A stretch of 64,000 bases of DNA from Eledone cirrhosa. Taxonomy: Eukaryota. Positions 39,541-52,440 of this stretch are shown piece by piece. The DNA lies in assembly GCA_964016885.1 (NCBI GenBank), contig OZ024743.1, positions 371,318,001 to 371,382,000 on the forward strand, in the 5' to 3' direction. Within the stretch, counting starts at the first letter, position 1; every line of letters begins with the position of its first letter. The notes beneath the pieces were generated by a model. It did no database searches. It had not been told where the DNA came from and saw only the letters and a program-made list of their open reading frames with translations. Position numbers and translations under genes: made by a program.

Positions 39541-39632
39541 TTTGTTAAGTTTGTCTGGCTGAGCTCCCAGGTGGACATCTGACAAATGTTCAGTAACAAG
39601 ACCAACAAACAAGTGGTCTTTATCAAAGTCTT
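39541..39632 (-). CDS. FAM114A2: FAM114A exon ((E)DFDKDHLFVGLVTEHLSDVHLGAQPDKLNK)
   Basis: ttgtag acceptor, gtaagt donor, 92 nt, phase 1-0. Confidence 0.88.
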
Positions 39633-39751
39633 CTACAAAAATAATGAAATAAAATACATTCCGTGTCAGAATTGCAATAAACTTCATTGTATTCAAATAA
39701 AATAACAATAAACTGAAAAAGATAAAATTGAAATTGTACAAATTTAAATAC

Positions 39752-39910
39752 CTTCATCTTCTATAGCCACCTCAAAGGCATCCCTCACTTTTAACAGTTC
39801 GTTCTTCACTTCTTCCTCCTCAACATTTGAGCTCAAGTATTCCAACAATACACTTAACTTAGCTTCACTTTGTTGAGAGAGTAATCGTAAAGCATCCATA
39901 TGAGCTTGTC
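39752..39910 (-). CDS. FAM114A2: FAM114A exon ((G)QAHMDALRLLSQQSEAKL...FEVAIEDE)
   Basis: Family motif G..HLEALE.LS..SE.K; tttcag acceptor, gtattt donor, 159 nt, phase 1-1. Confidence 0.92.
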
Positions 39911-40189
39911 CTGAAATACACAATGTATAACATGCAGAAACTCTAAAAACAAATTTAACTGTCAATGTTAAATAATACATTTGAGTAAGACAAACACAAT
40001 ACAAACACATTTTATTTTATGAGAGCTTCAATTTAATACTGCCACTACACACATATTGCATTCAAAAATTCAACCAAAAAAAAAAAAGTGTGTGACCGAA
40101 GGACAAGTTTTTATCTAGCTATAATCACTTGCATACTATTCATCTGTAACCCTAAACAACTACTTGTACTATTTCTACAACAGGGCTAT

Positions 40190-40716
40190 ATCATCTTCAT
40201 CATCATTTTACGTCTGCTTTTCCCTGCTTGCAAGGGTGGGATGGGTCCTATTCAGCACAGCATCTCTCCACTTGTCACGGTCCTTCGTCATCTCCTCCGT
40301 GAGCTTCAGCATGTTTTACATGGTCTTCCTCTACTGGCATTTCTTGGCACTTCTTTACCCAGCGGTCATCCTCCATGCACATCACATGTCCATACCACCG
40401 CAGTCTTCTCTCCCGCACACTACAACTTATCCCTCTTATACACAGTTTCTCTCTCAAGTCATCCATGCTTGCTTCATTTCTCTCCAGCCATCGCATATCT
40501 TCTGCAGTTGCTGCCCATGTCTCACTACCATGCAGCATTGCGCATCTCACACAGGCATCATATAACCGGCCTTTCGTACGCAAGGAGAAACCCTTCTTTG
40601 TCAGCAGAGGAAGCAGCTCCCTAAACTTCTTCCAACCCGTCCTTATTCTAGATACTATGGCCTCGGAACACCCCCTTCCCATGCTAATCTGAAGCTATCA
40701 ACTACTTGTATCTGGA
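40190..40716 (-). mobile_element. 5'-truncated RTE 3' end in an intron
   Basis: 135-aa ORF KGRLYDACVRCAMLHGSETW; (GAT)n tail. Confidence 0.88.
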
Positions 40717-41207
40717 ATTATATATATATATAGCATGATAGTGTATTGCTAGCAGACTCGCTAATTGTCTACATCTGTAGATTGATGTTATTGTACGGCA
40801 CCCTGCTGATGAGTTGTAATTAGCCTGGATTGCATAACATTTGCCAATCAACTGCACACTTGTTATCTTATTGAGCATGTGAGCTATGGTTGGGGGCTGA
40901 CTAAAATAAATTCAGTGACTTTCATAATCTCTCTCTCTCTATATATATATACACACACATTTGGGGATTACAAACAAGAGAAAGAGCACTCAATACATGT
41001 AAGTTTATTTATTTGTAAACATCTGATAATATATTCTATTACAATTCATCAGCTGACATTTTTTAGGCAAAGTTTTACAACCAGATGCTCTTCTATATGC
41101 CAACCTTTGTAGTTGCCCCTGGTGGCATGCAAGTATATGGTGTACTTTTTCTATACCAAACACATACAGCATAAGATTAATCATATAGATAAAGAATATT
41201 TAGAAAC

Positions 41208-41460
41208 CTTGATAATCTTCAAACAAAGCCCCAAAATCAAACTTCAATGCTTCAGTAGTTTCTTGAGCAATTTTTTCCTCCATTTCTGTCTTCTCTTTAG
41301 CTTCTTTCAACAGATCAGCAAGCTGTGGTGAATCCCCTCTCTCAAATAACATTTTGGTTTTATCTCTGATTCCAACTGGGTCATGATCATTGATTGCATC
41401 AAATGTTTTCCTTCCTAGAGATTCTAACACATCAAGGCTTCCTGTAACAAGGGTTTTACT
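41208..41460 (-). CDS. FAM114A2: FAM114A exon (SKTLVTGSLDVLESLGRKTF...FGALFEDYQ)
   Basis: Family motif GGLDALE.IG.KT and LF..YQG; tttctag acceptor, gtttct donor, 253 nt, phase 0-1. Confidence 0.92.
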
Positions 41461-43139
41461 CTAGAAAAATAAAACAAACAGCTTGAAAGTTTTTATAACA
41501 AATACACAGAATGAACAATTAACTTTGACTCTTAATGTTCTGTGTGTCATGAAACTACATTAGCAAGATATTTTTGCAAAGTACAAAACAGCACTCTGAC
41601 TACATTAAAAACTGAAGTCTTTATTTCATTATTACAAATTTCCATAACAATTTGTTCACTAGTAATGATACTAAAAGCACTTGCATTAACAAACCTGTCT
41701 TTAGATATTTTCTGCTAAATCATTATAGGATGTTAAGAGTGAATAGACATATTTATGCCCCAACGCTTTTCATACAAAGCCACCTGAGATACCTACAAGT
41801 TCTATGTTATTAATATACTAATATTAAAATATTCATATTTCAAATGCAACCACACATAGGCGAAGGTGCCGTATTTCTGCAATAAACATTACTTACTGCT
41901 AACAATACTCAAGTACAAAACATTGGCACATAGAGAAATTCAGAATCACAATATAATATACAAATAACTGAAATAGTAAGCAAAAATAGTAAATCAAGAA
42001 TAATAATAAGCAAAAATAAATAAAAATAATAAAGATAGTAAATAAATCAAGAAAAGAATAAAATCCTGAATTACAATATATATATATAAATATAGATACA
42101 ATATTTGTAAGTGTGTGTGTGGGGGGGGGGGAGTTTACAATCCAAATTACATAAATGATATTGATAAATTTTTCTAGGTAAAATTCCCATAATAAATTTA
42201 TATAAGAACTTCTCTTCTTCCTAAGTTGTATTCTAAACAATCTACACATGCAATTACTCCATCATGCAATAATTTTCTAATTTAGGCACAAGGCCAGCAA
42301 TTTGGGGAAGGAGAAAGTCAATTAAATTGGTTCCAATACTTGATTGGTACTTTATTTTATCGACCTTGGAAGGATGAAATTCAAATTTGACCTTTTTGGA
42401 TTTCAAAGAGCGAGAATATATACCACAAAGCAGTTTATCTGATGCTCTAATGATTCTGCCAATACACTGCCCTGCATCATGCAATAATGCAACATGTAAT
42501 TAAGTCAAAGTTGCTTAAAATGACAATCCCATATATATAATATTACGAAAACAATATCCCAAAGCCCCGATCAGTTGTTGACCATCTACAAAATTCAAGT
42601 AAGATGCATTTTAGAGTACTAATTACATAGTGTGACAGTGCTGCTGCTGTTACAAATACAAACAGTCTAGACTGCATCTAATAGAAGGTTATCCGATTGA
42701 TTGACAAAAACTCACTCACTCTTTAACACACTATAAACCACTGTTTCAAAATTATGCTGTTTCTTCTCCCTTCCTCTTCTATAGTTTCTACAAGCCTGTG
42801 AACTAACTAGTTATATTCAGGCCCACCAAACACATCTGTCTATGCTCTTCTTGTCATACCTATTGTACCTCAAACCTTTTGGTACCAACCTACCCAAAAC
42901 CACCTCTAGTTCTAAGAAACAAGACCACCTATTTTCCAGGGTTCCTATTTAACCCTTTCATTACAACATTTCTAAAAACACATGATTTTCAAATAATCAA
43001 GAATTTGGAAAGACTTAAAAATATAACTAAGTTTCACATTATTCATCTGGTTTTTGAAACATGACCACAGAGGTAGATTAACAGCTGGCAAAATTAAGTT
43101 ACTAAAATAATACATATATAAAACATATTTTTCACCAAC

Positions 43140-43306
43140 CTTTTCTTGAACTGCCCCAGTAATTTTGGACACTCCCCAACCAGACAACCAACTACTGATG
43201 CCTTGCCCCTCAGGTTTCGATCCTTCTTTTTCCAGTCCTTCTCCTCCAATATCAGAATTTTCAGCAGGAGAGAAGCTTTCAGTTGTTTTGTCTTCTGGTT
43301 TCTTCT
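43140..43306 (-). CDS. FAM114A2: FAM114A exon, the most 5' one found (KKPEDKTT...SGWGVSKITGAVQEK)
   Basis: aacag acceptor, gttggt donor, 167 nt, phase 1-0; open and in frame with the next exon. Confidence 0.75.
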
Positions 43307-43410
43307 CTGTTCACAACATGAAACAAAATACGAATATTTACAAAAATATATGAATATATATATTTATATAAACTATATAAAGTGTTCATAATGAATATCA
43401 TCATCATCAT

Positions 43411-45891
43411 CGTGCTTCTCAACCTTTTTCAGCCCATGGACCATTTTTTCTTCAAAAAACTCCAATGGACCACTCCTACTTTTACTTTTAAGCTGTTCCA
43501 TTTTCACACTAAAATACTTAATGAAAAGACAAAATAGTCTATTTACACTTTAAAATTTATTTTAGTAAACAAGGATAAACACAGGATATCAAAATCAATT
43601 TTGATGAAGTCATTCAGTTTTAGTCCATTCAGCTAGTGACTACCTTGATCTTGGTGTTTCTGACACAAGATATCATAATCAATTTTGATGAAGTCATTCA
43701 GTCTTAGTCTGATAGTTCCTCTGCTGTTGAGATCTAATTTATTTCTTTTTCTACTGAAAACATCCACAACAGCTGAAAATCCAGATTCCACCATCCATGT
43801 GGTAGGGAAAGAAATGATGCTTGCTTCTACATGTTGAAAAATATTTGGGTGCGAGTCCTTTATCGATATGTAGGCAAAGACACCTTCTTTGTCAACTCCT
43901 CTTCTCAGTTTTACATTCTCTTTCAAGTCCAACAACATTTCAGCCAACTCAACATTTTCATCTCCTGGCTCATAATTTTCTAGGTCTACAAACCAGAGTG
44001 GATAATCCATCTTTAATAGATCATTGTATCTTCTCTCAAAGTCTACATGAAGACCTTCAAGATGGGCAATGCATGCAGCAATGTATTCTGATGTAGGAGC
44101 AGTGGTGTTGAAATTTTGAAATGATGCAAATTTTTTTTTCCCAAACTGTTTTTTCCAAAATTTCAATTCCCCATATAGCCTTTTATCGTCTGAGCACAGG
44201 TGACTAAATCTGATCTTCTACCTTGCAGCTCCAAGTTAAACAGATTCACTGTTTTAAAAATATCACTCAGGTAGAATATTTTTGATTTAAACTCAGGAAG
44301 TCTTTCCAAAATTTCCTTAGCTGTATCAGCTTGCTTCTTGGAGTTGTAACGAGTCATTTGGGACTTGAACAAGAGAAAGTTGATTAATGGTTCCCACAAA
44401 TTCACTAGTCTTTCAAGGCTCAGGCCTTTTGACAACCATCTTGCTTCTGTGTGAAGCAATAGGGTTTTAAAATTTTCATCTTCACAGAATTGCACAAAAA
44501 AATCTATTATTCAGAGTTTGATTTGACAAAGTTAATTGCAGTGTTGAATGCTTCTTGCATGTCTCCTCCAATATTCTTAGCAACCAAATGCTGTCTGTGG
44601 ATAATGCAATGTATATAAAAGATGTGAGGAACAACTGATTTCATTCTAGAAACAAAGCCTTTCACTTTTCCAGTCATAGCTGCAGTTCCATCTGATGCAA
44701 TGTTGATCAAATTAGTCAATGGAATATTTTTATCATTAAAATACTGCATTAACTTCATTGAATACATCTTCTCCATTAGTAGTTTCAGGCAAACTTTTAA
44801 TGAATAACATTTCTTCCCTTATATCATCTTCATGGATGAATCTGACATAGACCAGAAGGATAGCTTGGTTATCAATTGTGCTCTCATCAACCTGGATAGA
44901 AAAGTTTGTCTTTTGCAGAATTTCCACCATCTTCTCCTCAACAAAATTAGACATTTCATCCTGTCGTCTTGTAATAGTGTCATTTGAAAGCGGAATTGTA
45001 CTCAGGGTAGATGCAGAATCTTTTCCCAGAACCTCATTTGCACAAGCTATCATAGCAGGCTTGACAAGCTTCTCACCATAAACATGAGGTGCTGCAACCT
45101 TGGCACTAATTTCAGAGACCAAATAACTTGGTTTGAGTGTCTTTTGCTTTTGCAGTATTCATCTTCTTTACAAAGTCGGATAGTTTGACTGGTTGTCTTT
45201 TATTTTTATTCTCAAAATATTCCCTATCTTTATCAACAGATGATGGTTGCTTTGATTTCTGGTGCTGCTCCAGCTTAACTTTCTTCATGGAATGATTTGT
45301 CAAGATGGCACCACATTCAAGACATATAGGTTTTGAGTCTACAGATACAAAGCCAAACATGATAAAATCTTCTGTGTAATTCCTCAGTTTTGCCTTTTTA
45401 GCAGTTGGTTCAGACATTCTTACAACTGATATGAAAAAAAAAAAAAAAATAATATATACTTTATTTCTATAAATTAGAAATATCCAATTTATTATCAAAC
45501 AATATTGTGTAGTGACCTATTAGCAGAGGAATAATTTTTTTGGTCCTTGTGGCGGATATATGTTCCGAGTCTTTGCTATTCTCTTGAATATCTTACTATA
45601 ATTTGCCGAATGTCCGTCTGTCTGTCTGTCCGTTTTAGTTATCAACGAAGAAGATTTCATGGTACGTACATTCGTTACAAGTACCATTTTTTATATGAAT
45701 AAAAAAATAAAATAAATATAGCACTGCATAATACCTATGTAATTTCGAAATTTTCAAATATAATGGACATGTGTGTAATTAAACAAAATATTATATTAGT
45801 TACATTTTTGTGAAATGGCTACAATTTTTTTATGGCTACGAATTCTCTGTGGACCACCGGTGGTCCACCTGGACCACGTTGAGAATCACTG
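43411..45891 (-). mobile_element. hAT DNA transposon (Buster/Charlie, ZBED5-like) with a frameshifted transposase at 43633-45418
   Basis: TIR CAGTGATTCTCAAC at 45878-45891 and eroded GTGCTTCTCAAC at 43412; KPICLEC zinc finger, FSIQVDES, SDG, CIIH, RWLS and VESGFS motifs. Confidence 0.92.
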
Positions 45892-46342
45892 GTTTAACAT
45901 CTATTTTCCACGCTAGCATGGGTTAGACAGGTTTGTCCCATTAGAGGCAAATTGGATCAGGTGACTGTGTCTTGCTCATATAGGACCATCTCTGGCTAGA
46001 TTTCTATGGTTGGATGCCCTTCCGAACGCCAACCGCATTTACAGTGTGTGCTGGGGTCTTTTTGTTGTGTCTCCTACACAACCACTTTATAGTGTGAGCT
46101 GGGTGCTTTTTGTCGTGACACCTACACGACCACTTACAGAGTGGGCTGGATGTTTTGTGGTAGTAATGTAACATATGCTTCAGCCTGTGCCTGCATAACA
46201 CGAGATCACGGTCTTGTGTCATCGCCTTTGAGAGATGCAACCGAGCAAGGTCAGCTTTTACCACCTCATCCCACATCTTTCTGGGTCTCCCCATTCCAAG
46301 GCTCCCATCAAATTTGAGTGCTCTGCACCTTTCATCCTTCAT
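45892..46342 (-). mobile_element. RTE 3' end whose tail was split by the hAT
   Basis: GRPRKMW; 3' UTR; the missing (ATC)n tract lies at 43397-43411. Confidence 0.8.
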
Positions 46343-47084
46343 ATATATACATATATACTATAGTAATAGTTTGGTAGAAATATCCAAGGGTAAGAGCACT
46401 TAGTCGATATGACAAGTTAAGTATAATTAGTTACAATAGTGACATATACAGGTACTTAAGTTTTGTTGGGTTATACACCCCAACTCATTCAGCCTGTTAT
46501 AAAAACAAATATGGCCACTAAAGATTGAATATAATCTCTTTTGGCAAGAATATATAAGAGCTCTTCAAAGGCAGATATTTTCAAAAATAGCTATAAATAA
46601 CCAAAATTATTATCTAGGTCTCTCCTAAAAGTAATATCAAATGTAGGGAAATTTATGTTAAGTTATTGATTCAAAGAAATCAAATTCCTTGCAGCACAAA
46701 TTAGTTAGTAATTCAAGGAAATATATTCCTTGATATTCAAATTAGTTAGTCAGGTCTATACCATTTACTCAGAATGAATTTTGTTTCGTGTGGAAAGCAG
46801 TCAAGGCGTGTATTTAAGCAGTGTTTATCTGAAGCTAGTTGTGAGAATATATTCCACTTTTCTTGCTTGAAAAATCCCTGGGAGACACTATAATTGATCA
46901 AACAACCTCAACACTTTATATATCGACCACAAAAGGATGAAAAGCAAATTTGACCTCAGCAAGAATTGAACTCGGGTATTAAAAGACTGTATCTATATCA
47001 TCTAGGGGATGTTGCCTGATACTCTAATGGTTCTGCCACACCCTATTTGAATTAGTTAGGATTTTAACTATTATGAAAAATAGC

Positions 47085-48458
47085 GAAACCTACAGTCAGT
47101 AGGCACCTCTAACAAAAATACACCCCCGACCCACCACCCCCACCCCATCCACACCACCCCTTTCGATGTAAAGTTATGTTGGTACCACAACATCCAGTTC
47201 GAAATAAATGAGGTCGTGTAGGTGTCACGAAAAAAAAACACACAGTCCTTAATTAAGAATGTAGGATTCACATGCAGCAGCTGTGCTGAAACAGCAAGCA
47301 AACAGCCACAGGAAACAAGTACCACCAATCTCTGGGAGGGCCCTGTAGAAACAGTAGACAGCTTCTGCTACCTAGGTGACCGAATTAGCAACGGAGGTGG
47401 GTGCTCAGAAAGTACAATAACTAGGGTAAGAACGGGATGGAAAAAGTTTAGGGAACTACTACCACTGCTAGCTGCAAAAGGCTTCTCCCTCAGAATGAAA
47501 GGCAGACTGTATGATGCGTGTATCCGAACAGCGATGTTGCATGGTAGTGAGACCTGGGTGCTGAAGGTGGAAGACTTACGTAGATTAGAGAGAAACGAAG
47601 CCTGCATGCTCCGATGGATGTGTAACAGTAATATACGTGAACGACAAAGCATAAAGGAATTGAGAGAGAGACTGAGCATAAGAGGAATCAAATGCTGCGT
47701 GCAGGAGAGGCGGTTACGCTGGTATGGACATGTGATGCGTATGAAGGATGACAGCTGCATAAAAAGGTGCAGAGCACTAGAAGTTGATGGAAACCGCGGA
47801 GTGGGGAGACCCAAGATGACTTGGGATGAGGTGATAAAAGCCGACCTTACCCAACTACACCTCTCAAAGTCAATGACACACGACCGTGACTTCTGGCGTC
47901 ACGCAGTAATACAGGGTACCCGACCTCCCATGGGTACATGCTGAAGCATATAAACAATATGCCCCCCCCCCCCCCACCGCAAGGTGGTCGTGGAGGTGCC
48001 ACGGCAAAAAAGCACCCAGCCCACACTGTAAAGTGGACGTGTAGGCGCCACGAAAAAGCACCCAGCACTCACTGTAAATGAGGTTGGTGTTAGGAAGGGC
48101 ATCCAGCTGTAGAAATCAAGCCAGATCAGTTCCTGTATGAGCAAGGCATGGTCAGCCGACCAGACACTGCCCACAACAGGACAACCCGTCTAACCCATGC
48201 TAGCGTGGAAGAACGGACGTAAAACGGTGATGATGATGAGTCCACGCTGTAATGTGGCCGTGTAGGTAACACGGTAAAAACCTCCCAGTCCACACTGTAA
48301 ACGTGGTTGGTGTTAAGAAGGGCATCCAGCCATAGAAAACCCACCAGACAGTCCTATACGAGCAAGACAACCAATCTTGCCTCAAGTGGGAAAACTCCCG
48401 TCCAAACCCATGCAAGCGTGGAAGATGGACGTTAAACGATGATGATGATGATGATGAT
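47085..48458 (+). mobile_element. RTE copy (47250-48238) nested in the 3' UTR of another RTE
   Basis: Host UTR breaks at cacacagtcc and resumes agtccacgctg (AGTCC duplicated); two (GAT)n tails. Confidence 0.85.
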
Positions 48459-48782
48459 GTCAATAAAGCAAGTTATAAGATAGATTGAACAAACATGCTG
48501 AACATATAACTTATTTTCTGGAAGTCTAAGAAATTGTGTAGAGCTGTTAGTTGCTGACTCCTGTTGCTAGAGTCAGATCAATGGAATCACTTTAATCTTT
48601 AGTCTATATAACAGATAGATTTTCTAGCTGAATAAAAGGAAGAATAAGAGGGGAGAGAGAAAAAGAAAAAAAATCAGACATACAGACAGTGAGAAACAAA
48701 GAAAGATAGAAAGACAGGCCCAAACATACAAAAATACATACAATCACACACATATATCATCATCAAACATCTTCTTTCCCTG

Positions 48783-48814
<32 letters not shown>

Positions 48815-48815
<1 letters not shown>

Positions 48816-50579
48816 AAAAAGTAATAGCGCAACTAATCAGAGAGAGAATTGACCTCGATGAAATGCAGTTCGGGTTTGTGTCAGGCAAAAGTACCACAGA
48901 CGCTCTTTTCATTGTACGACAACTACAGGAGCAGTACCTAGCTAAAAGTAAACCCCCTATACTTTGCTTTCGTCGACTTGGAGAAAGCCTTCGACAGAGT
49001 CCCCCGTTCCATTATCTGGTGGGCTCTTAGAAAACTAGGTGTTGACGAATGGCTTGTGAGAGCTATACAAGCCATGTATAAAGAAACAGTCAGCAAGGTT
49101 AGAATTAACAACGAATATAGTGAAGAGTTTAGCATAAAAGTTGGCATCCATCAGGGCTCTGTTCTCAGCCCCCTACTATTTATTATTGCTCTTCAGGCTA
49201 TAACAGAGGAGTTCAAGACCGGCTGCCCATGGGAACTCCTATACGCAGATGACCTAACGCTCATAGCTGAATCAATGGCCGAGCTAGAGAAGAAATTCCA
49301 AACATGGAAGCACGGCCTAGAATCAAAAGGCCTTAAAATTAACCTGGCTAAGACCAAAGTTCTAGTTTGCAGGAAAGAAAATAAGGCGGCGGTCCCTTCC
49401 GGGAAGTGGCCATGCTCAGTGTGTAGGAAAGGTGTAGGTAGAAACTCCATTTTGTGTCCGAAATGCAAAGTATGGGTGCATAAAAGATGTAGTGGGATCA
49501 CAGGTAAGCTAACTAAGAACATAGATTTCACATGTGGCCGGTGCTCTGGTGCAATAAGTAGCAGCAAGTGCCCACAAAATACTAGCTCTTTCAACTGCGC
49601 AGAGGGCTCTATAGAAATAGTGGACAGCTTCCGTTACCTGGGTGACAAAATCAGCAGTGGGGGAGGGTGCTCTGAAAGTACAGTAGCTAGAGTCAGAACT
49701 GGATGGAAAAAGTTCAGAGAGCTTATACCACTATTAGCCACTAAAGGGTTCTCCCTAAAAATGAAGGGCAGGTTGTATGATGCCTGCATACGAACAGCAA
49801 TGTTGCATGGCAGTGAGACCTGGGCATTGTGTGCAGAGGATATACGCAGACTAGAGAGGAACGAAGCTTGCATGCTCCGCTGGATGTGTAATAGTAATAT
49901 ACGTGAACGGCAAAGCATAAACGAACTAAGGAAAAAATTAGAAATAAGAGGGATCAGATGTTGTTTACTCGAGAGAAGGCTACGTTGGTATGGTCACGTG
50001 ATGCGCATGAAAGACGATAGCTGTATAACAAAGTGCAGGGCAATAAAGATAGACGGTAGCCACGGAATAGGCAGACGCAGAAAAACCTGGGACGAACTGA
50101 TAAATTCCGACCTCACACACTTACACCTCTCCAAGACAATGTCACTGGACCGAGACCTTTGGCGGTACTCAGTAATAGAGAAGACCCGCCTTACCTAAAT
50201 ACATAGTAAAACCTACTACAGTCAGTCGGGATCTCTAACAAAATACACCCCCCTCCCACCCCCCACCCCATCCACACTGCCCCTTCTATGTAAAGTTATG
50301 TTGGTGCCACACCATCCAGGCCAAAACAAATGAGATCGTGTAGGTGTCACGACAAAAAAAAAAACCACAGTCCATGCTGTAATGTGGCCGTGTAGGCAAC
50401 ACGGTAAAAACCTCCCAGACCCACACTGTAAATGTGGTTGGTGTTAGGAAGGGCATCCAGCTGTAGAAAACCCGCCAGACAGTCCTATGCGAGCAAGACA
50501 ATCACTCTTGCCTCAAGTGGGAAAACCCCCGTCCAAACCCATGCAAGCGTGGAACACGGACGTTAAACGTTGATGATGA

Positions 50580-50585
<6 letters not shown>
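48815..50585 (+). mobile_element. Young 5'-truncated RTE with an uninterrupted RT-PHD-C-terminal ORF (over 406 aa)
   Basis: FVDLEKAFDRV, HQGSVLSP, LLYADD, C4HC3 finger, FRYLG; no stops until 50198. Confidence 0.95.
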
Positions 50586-50619
<34 letters not shown>

Positions 50620-50713
50620 GAAGTAATTCCGTCGGAAAGGTCCAGGAAAAAAGAGTGCTCTATGTAGGTTACAGAGCTTAATAGTTATGTAATAAACAAC
50701 ATAAGGTAATTAA

Positions 50714-50772
50714 TTCATTTACCAGTGGTTTCTTGAAAGCAAACAAAATTTGTTTTCAATCATCAGAATGAA
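50714..50772 (-). ncRNA. Type I hammerhead ribozyme motif (family B)
   Basis: uucauu CUGAUGA uugaaaacaaa uuuug uuugcuuucaa GAAA ccacugg UA aaugaa; inverted paralogue of 57304-57364. Confidence 0.82.
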
Positions 50773-50940
50773 AAAATCCTGGTGTATTTATTGACATTGG
50801 ATTTTAAAAACAAAAATATAATCTATATGAAAGTGAGGCTGGAAAAGGAAGAAGGAAAGGAAAAATAAACACACATGCACACACACACACACACACATAT
50901 ATACATACACACACATATATACATACACATATATATACAT

Positions 50941-52090
50941 CATCATCATCATCATCATCAGGTTTAGCGTCCGTGTTCCACGCTTGCATGGGTTTGGACA
51001 GGGGTTTTCCCACTTGAGGCAAGAGTGGTTGTCTTGCTCGCATAGGACTGTCTGGCGGGTTTTCTACAGTTGGATGCCCTTCCTAAGACCAACCACATTT
51101 ACAGTGTGGGGCTGGGAGGTTTTTACCGTGTTGCCTACACGGCCACATTACAGCGTGGACTGTCTGGCGGGTTTTCTACAGCTGGATGCCCTTCCTAACA
51201 CCAACCACATTTACAGTGTGGGGCTGGGAGGTTTTTACCGTGTTGCCTACACGGCCACATTTACAGCGTGGACTGTGTGTTTTTTTGTCGTGACACCTAC
51301 ACGATCTCATTTGTTTCGGCCTGGATGTTGTGGGACCAACATAACTGTACATTGAAAGGGGCGATGTGGATGGGGTGGTGGTGGTGGGACGGGGGGGTGT
51401 TTTGATAGAGATGCCTACTGACTGTAGTAGGTTTTTACTTTGTATTTAGGTAAGGCGGGTCTTCTCTATTACTGAGTACCGCCAAAGGTCTCGGTCCAGT
51501 GACATTGTTTTGGAGAGGTGTAAGCGTGTGAGGTCGGAATTTATCAGCTCGTCCCAGGTTTTTCTGGGTCTGCCTACTCCGTGGCTACCGTCTATCTTTA
51601 TTGCCCTGCACTTTGTTATACAGCTGTCGTCTTTCATGCGCATCACGTGACCATACCAACGTAGCCTTCTCTCGAGTAAACAACATCTGATCCCTCTTAT
51701 TTCTAATTTTTTCCTTAGTTCGTTTATGCTTTGCCGTTCACGTATATTACTATTGCACATCCAGCGGAGCATGCAAGCTTCGTTCCTCTCTAGTCTGCGT
51801 ATATCCTCTGCACACAATGCCCAGGTCTCACTGCCATGCAGCATTGCTGTTCGTATGCAGGCATCGTATAACCTGCCTTTCATTTTTAGGGAGAACCCTC
51901 TAGCGGCTAATAGTGGTATAAGCTCTCTGAACTTTTTCCATCCAGTTCTGACTCTAGCTACTGTACTTTCAGAGCACCCTCCCCCACTGCTGATTTTGTC
52001 ACCCAGGTAACGGAAGCTGTCCACTATTTCTATAGAACCCTCTGCGCAGTTGAAGGAGCTAGTATTTTGTGGGCACTTGCTACTACTTAT
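50941..52090 (-). mobile_element. Young 5'-truncated RTE, inverted relative to its neighbours, with a ~120-bp duplication in the 3' UTR
   Basis: Protein almost identical to the C-terminal half of ORF 48978-50198; possible TSD of about tatatatatgtg. Confidence 0.92.
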
Positions 52091-52353
52091 TGCACCAGAG
52101 CACCGGCCACATATATATATATGTACATACATACACATATACATACACGTACAAATACATACATACACACATATATATCCACATATCCATACATACACAT
52201 ATACACAAATACACAAACACACACATGTATATATATATATATATATATATAAACGGAAAAAATGAAACAAAAATTTATTATAATGGTCGGTGTGTTTTAA
52301 GCAAACATCCCGAATTAAGCCGTACAGTGTTTAGCAACCATCATTGCCCTTTT

Positions 52354-52440
52354 GTTCAACACTGACAAAGGACGATGTACTAGTTTCAAGCTTATTAGCT
52401 ATCGTCAGCAACGTATACCTTCCTGCCAGATGATTGAACG
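52354..52440 (-). ncRNA. Minimal type I hammerhead ribozyme motif (family A)
   Basis: acguug CUGACGA u AGCU aaua AGCU u GAAA cuag UA caucgu; extended stem I. Confidence 0.78.

Noticed and set aside
40800-40860. CTGATGAGTTG...CAAC as a hammerhead
   Set aside because: No GAAA or helix III follows
47990-48340. Repeated cacactgtaaa units resembling a CRISPR array
   Set aside because: Internal modules of RTE 3' UTRs with irregular spacing; eukaryotic context and no cas genes
49193-49918. Long antisense ORFs over RTE copies
   Set aside because: Shadow frames of the RT coding strand that recur only because the copies are homologous
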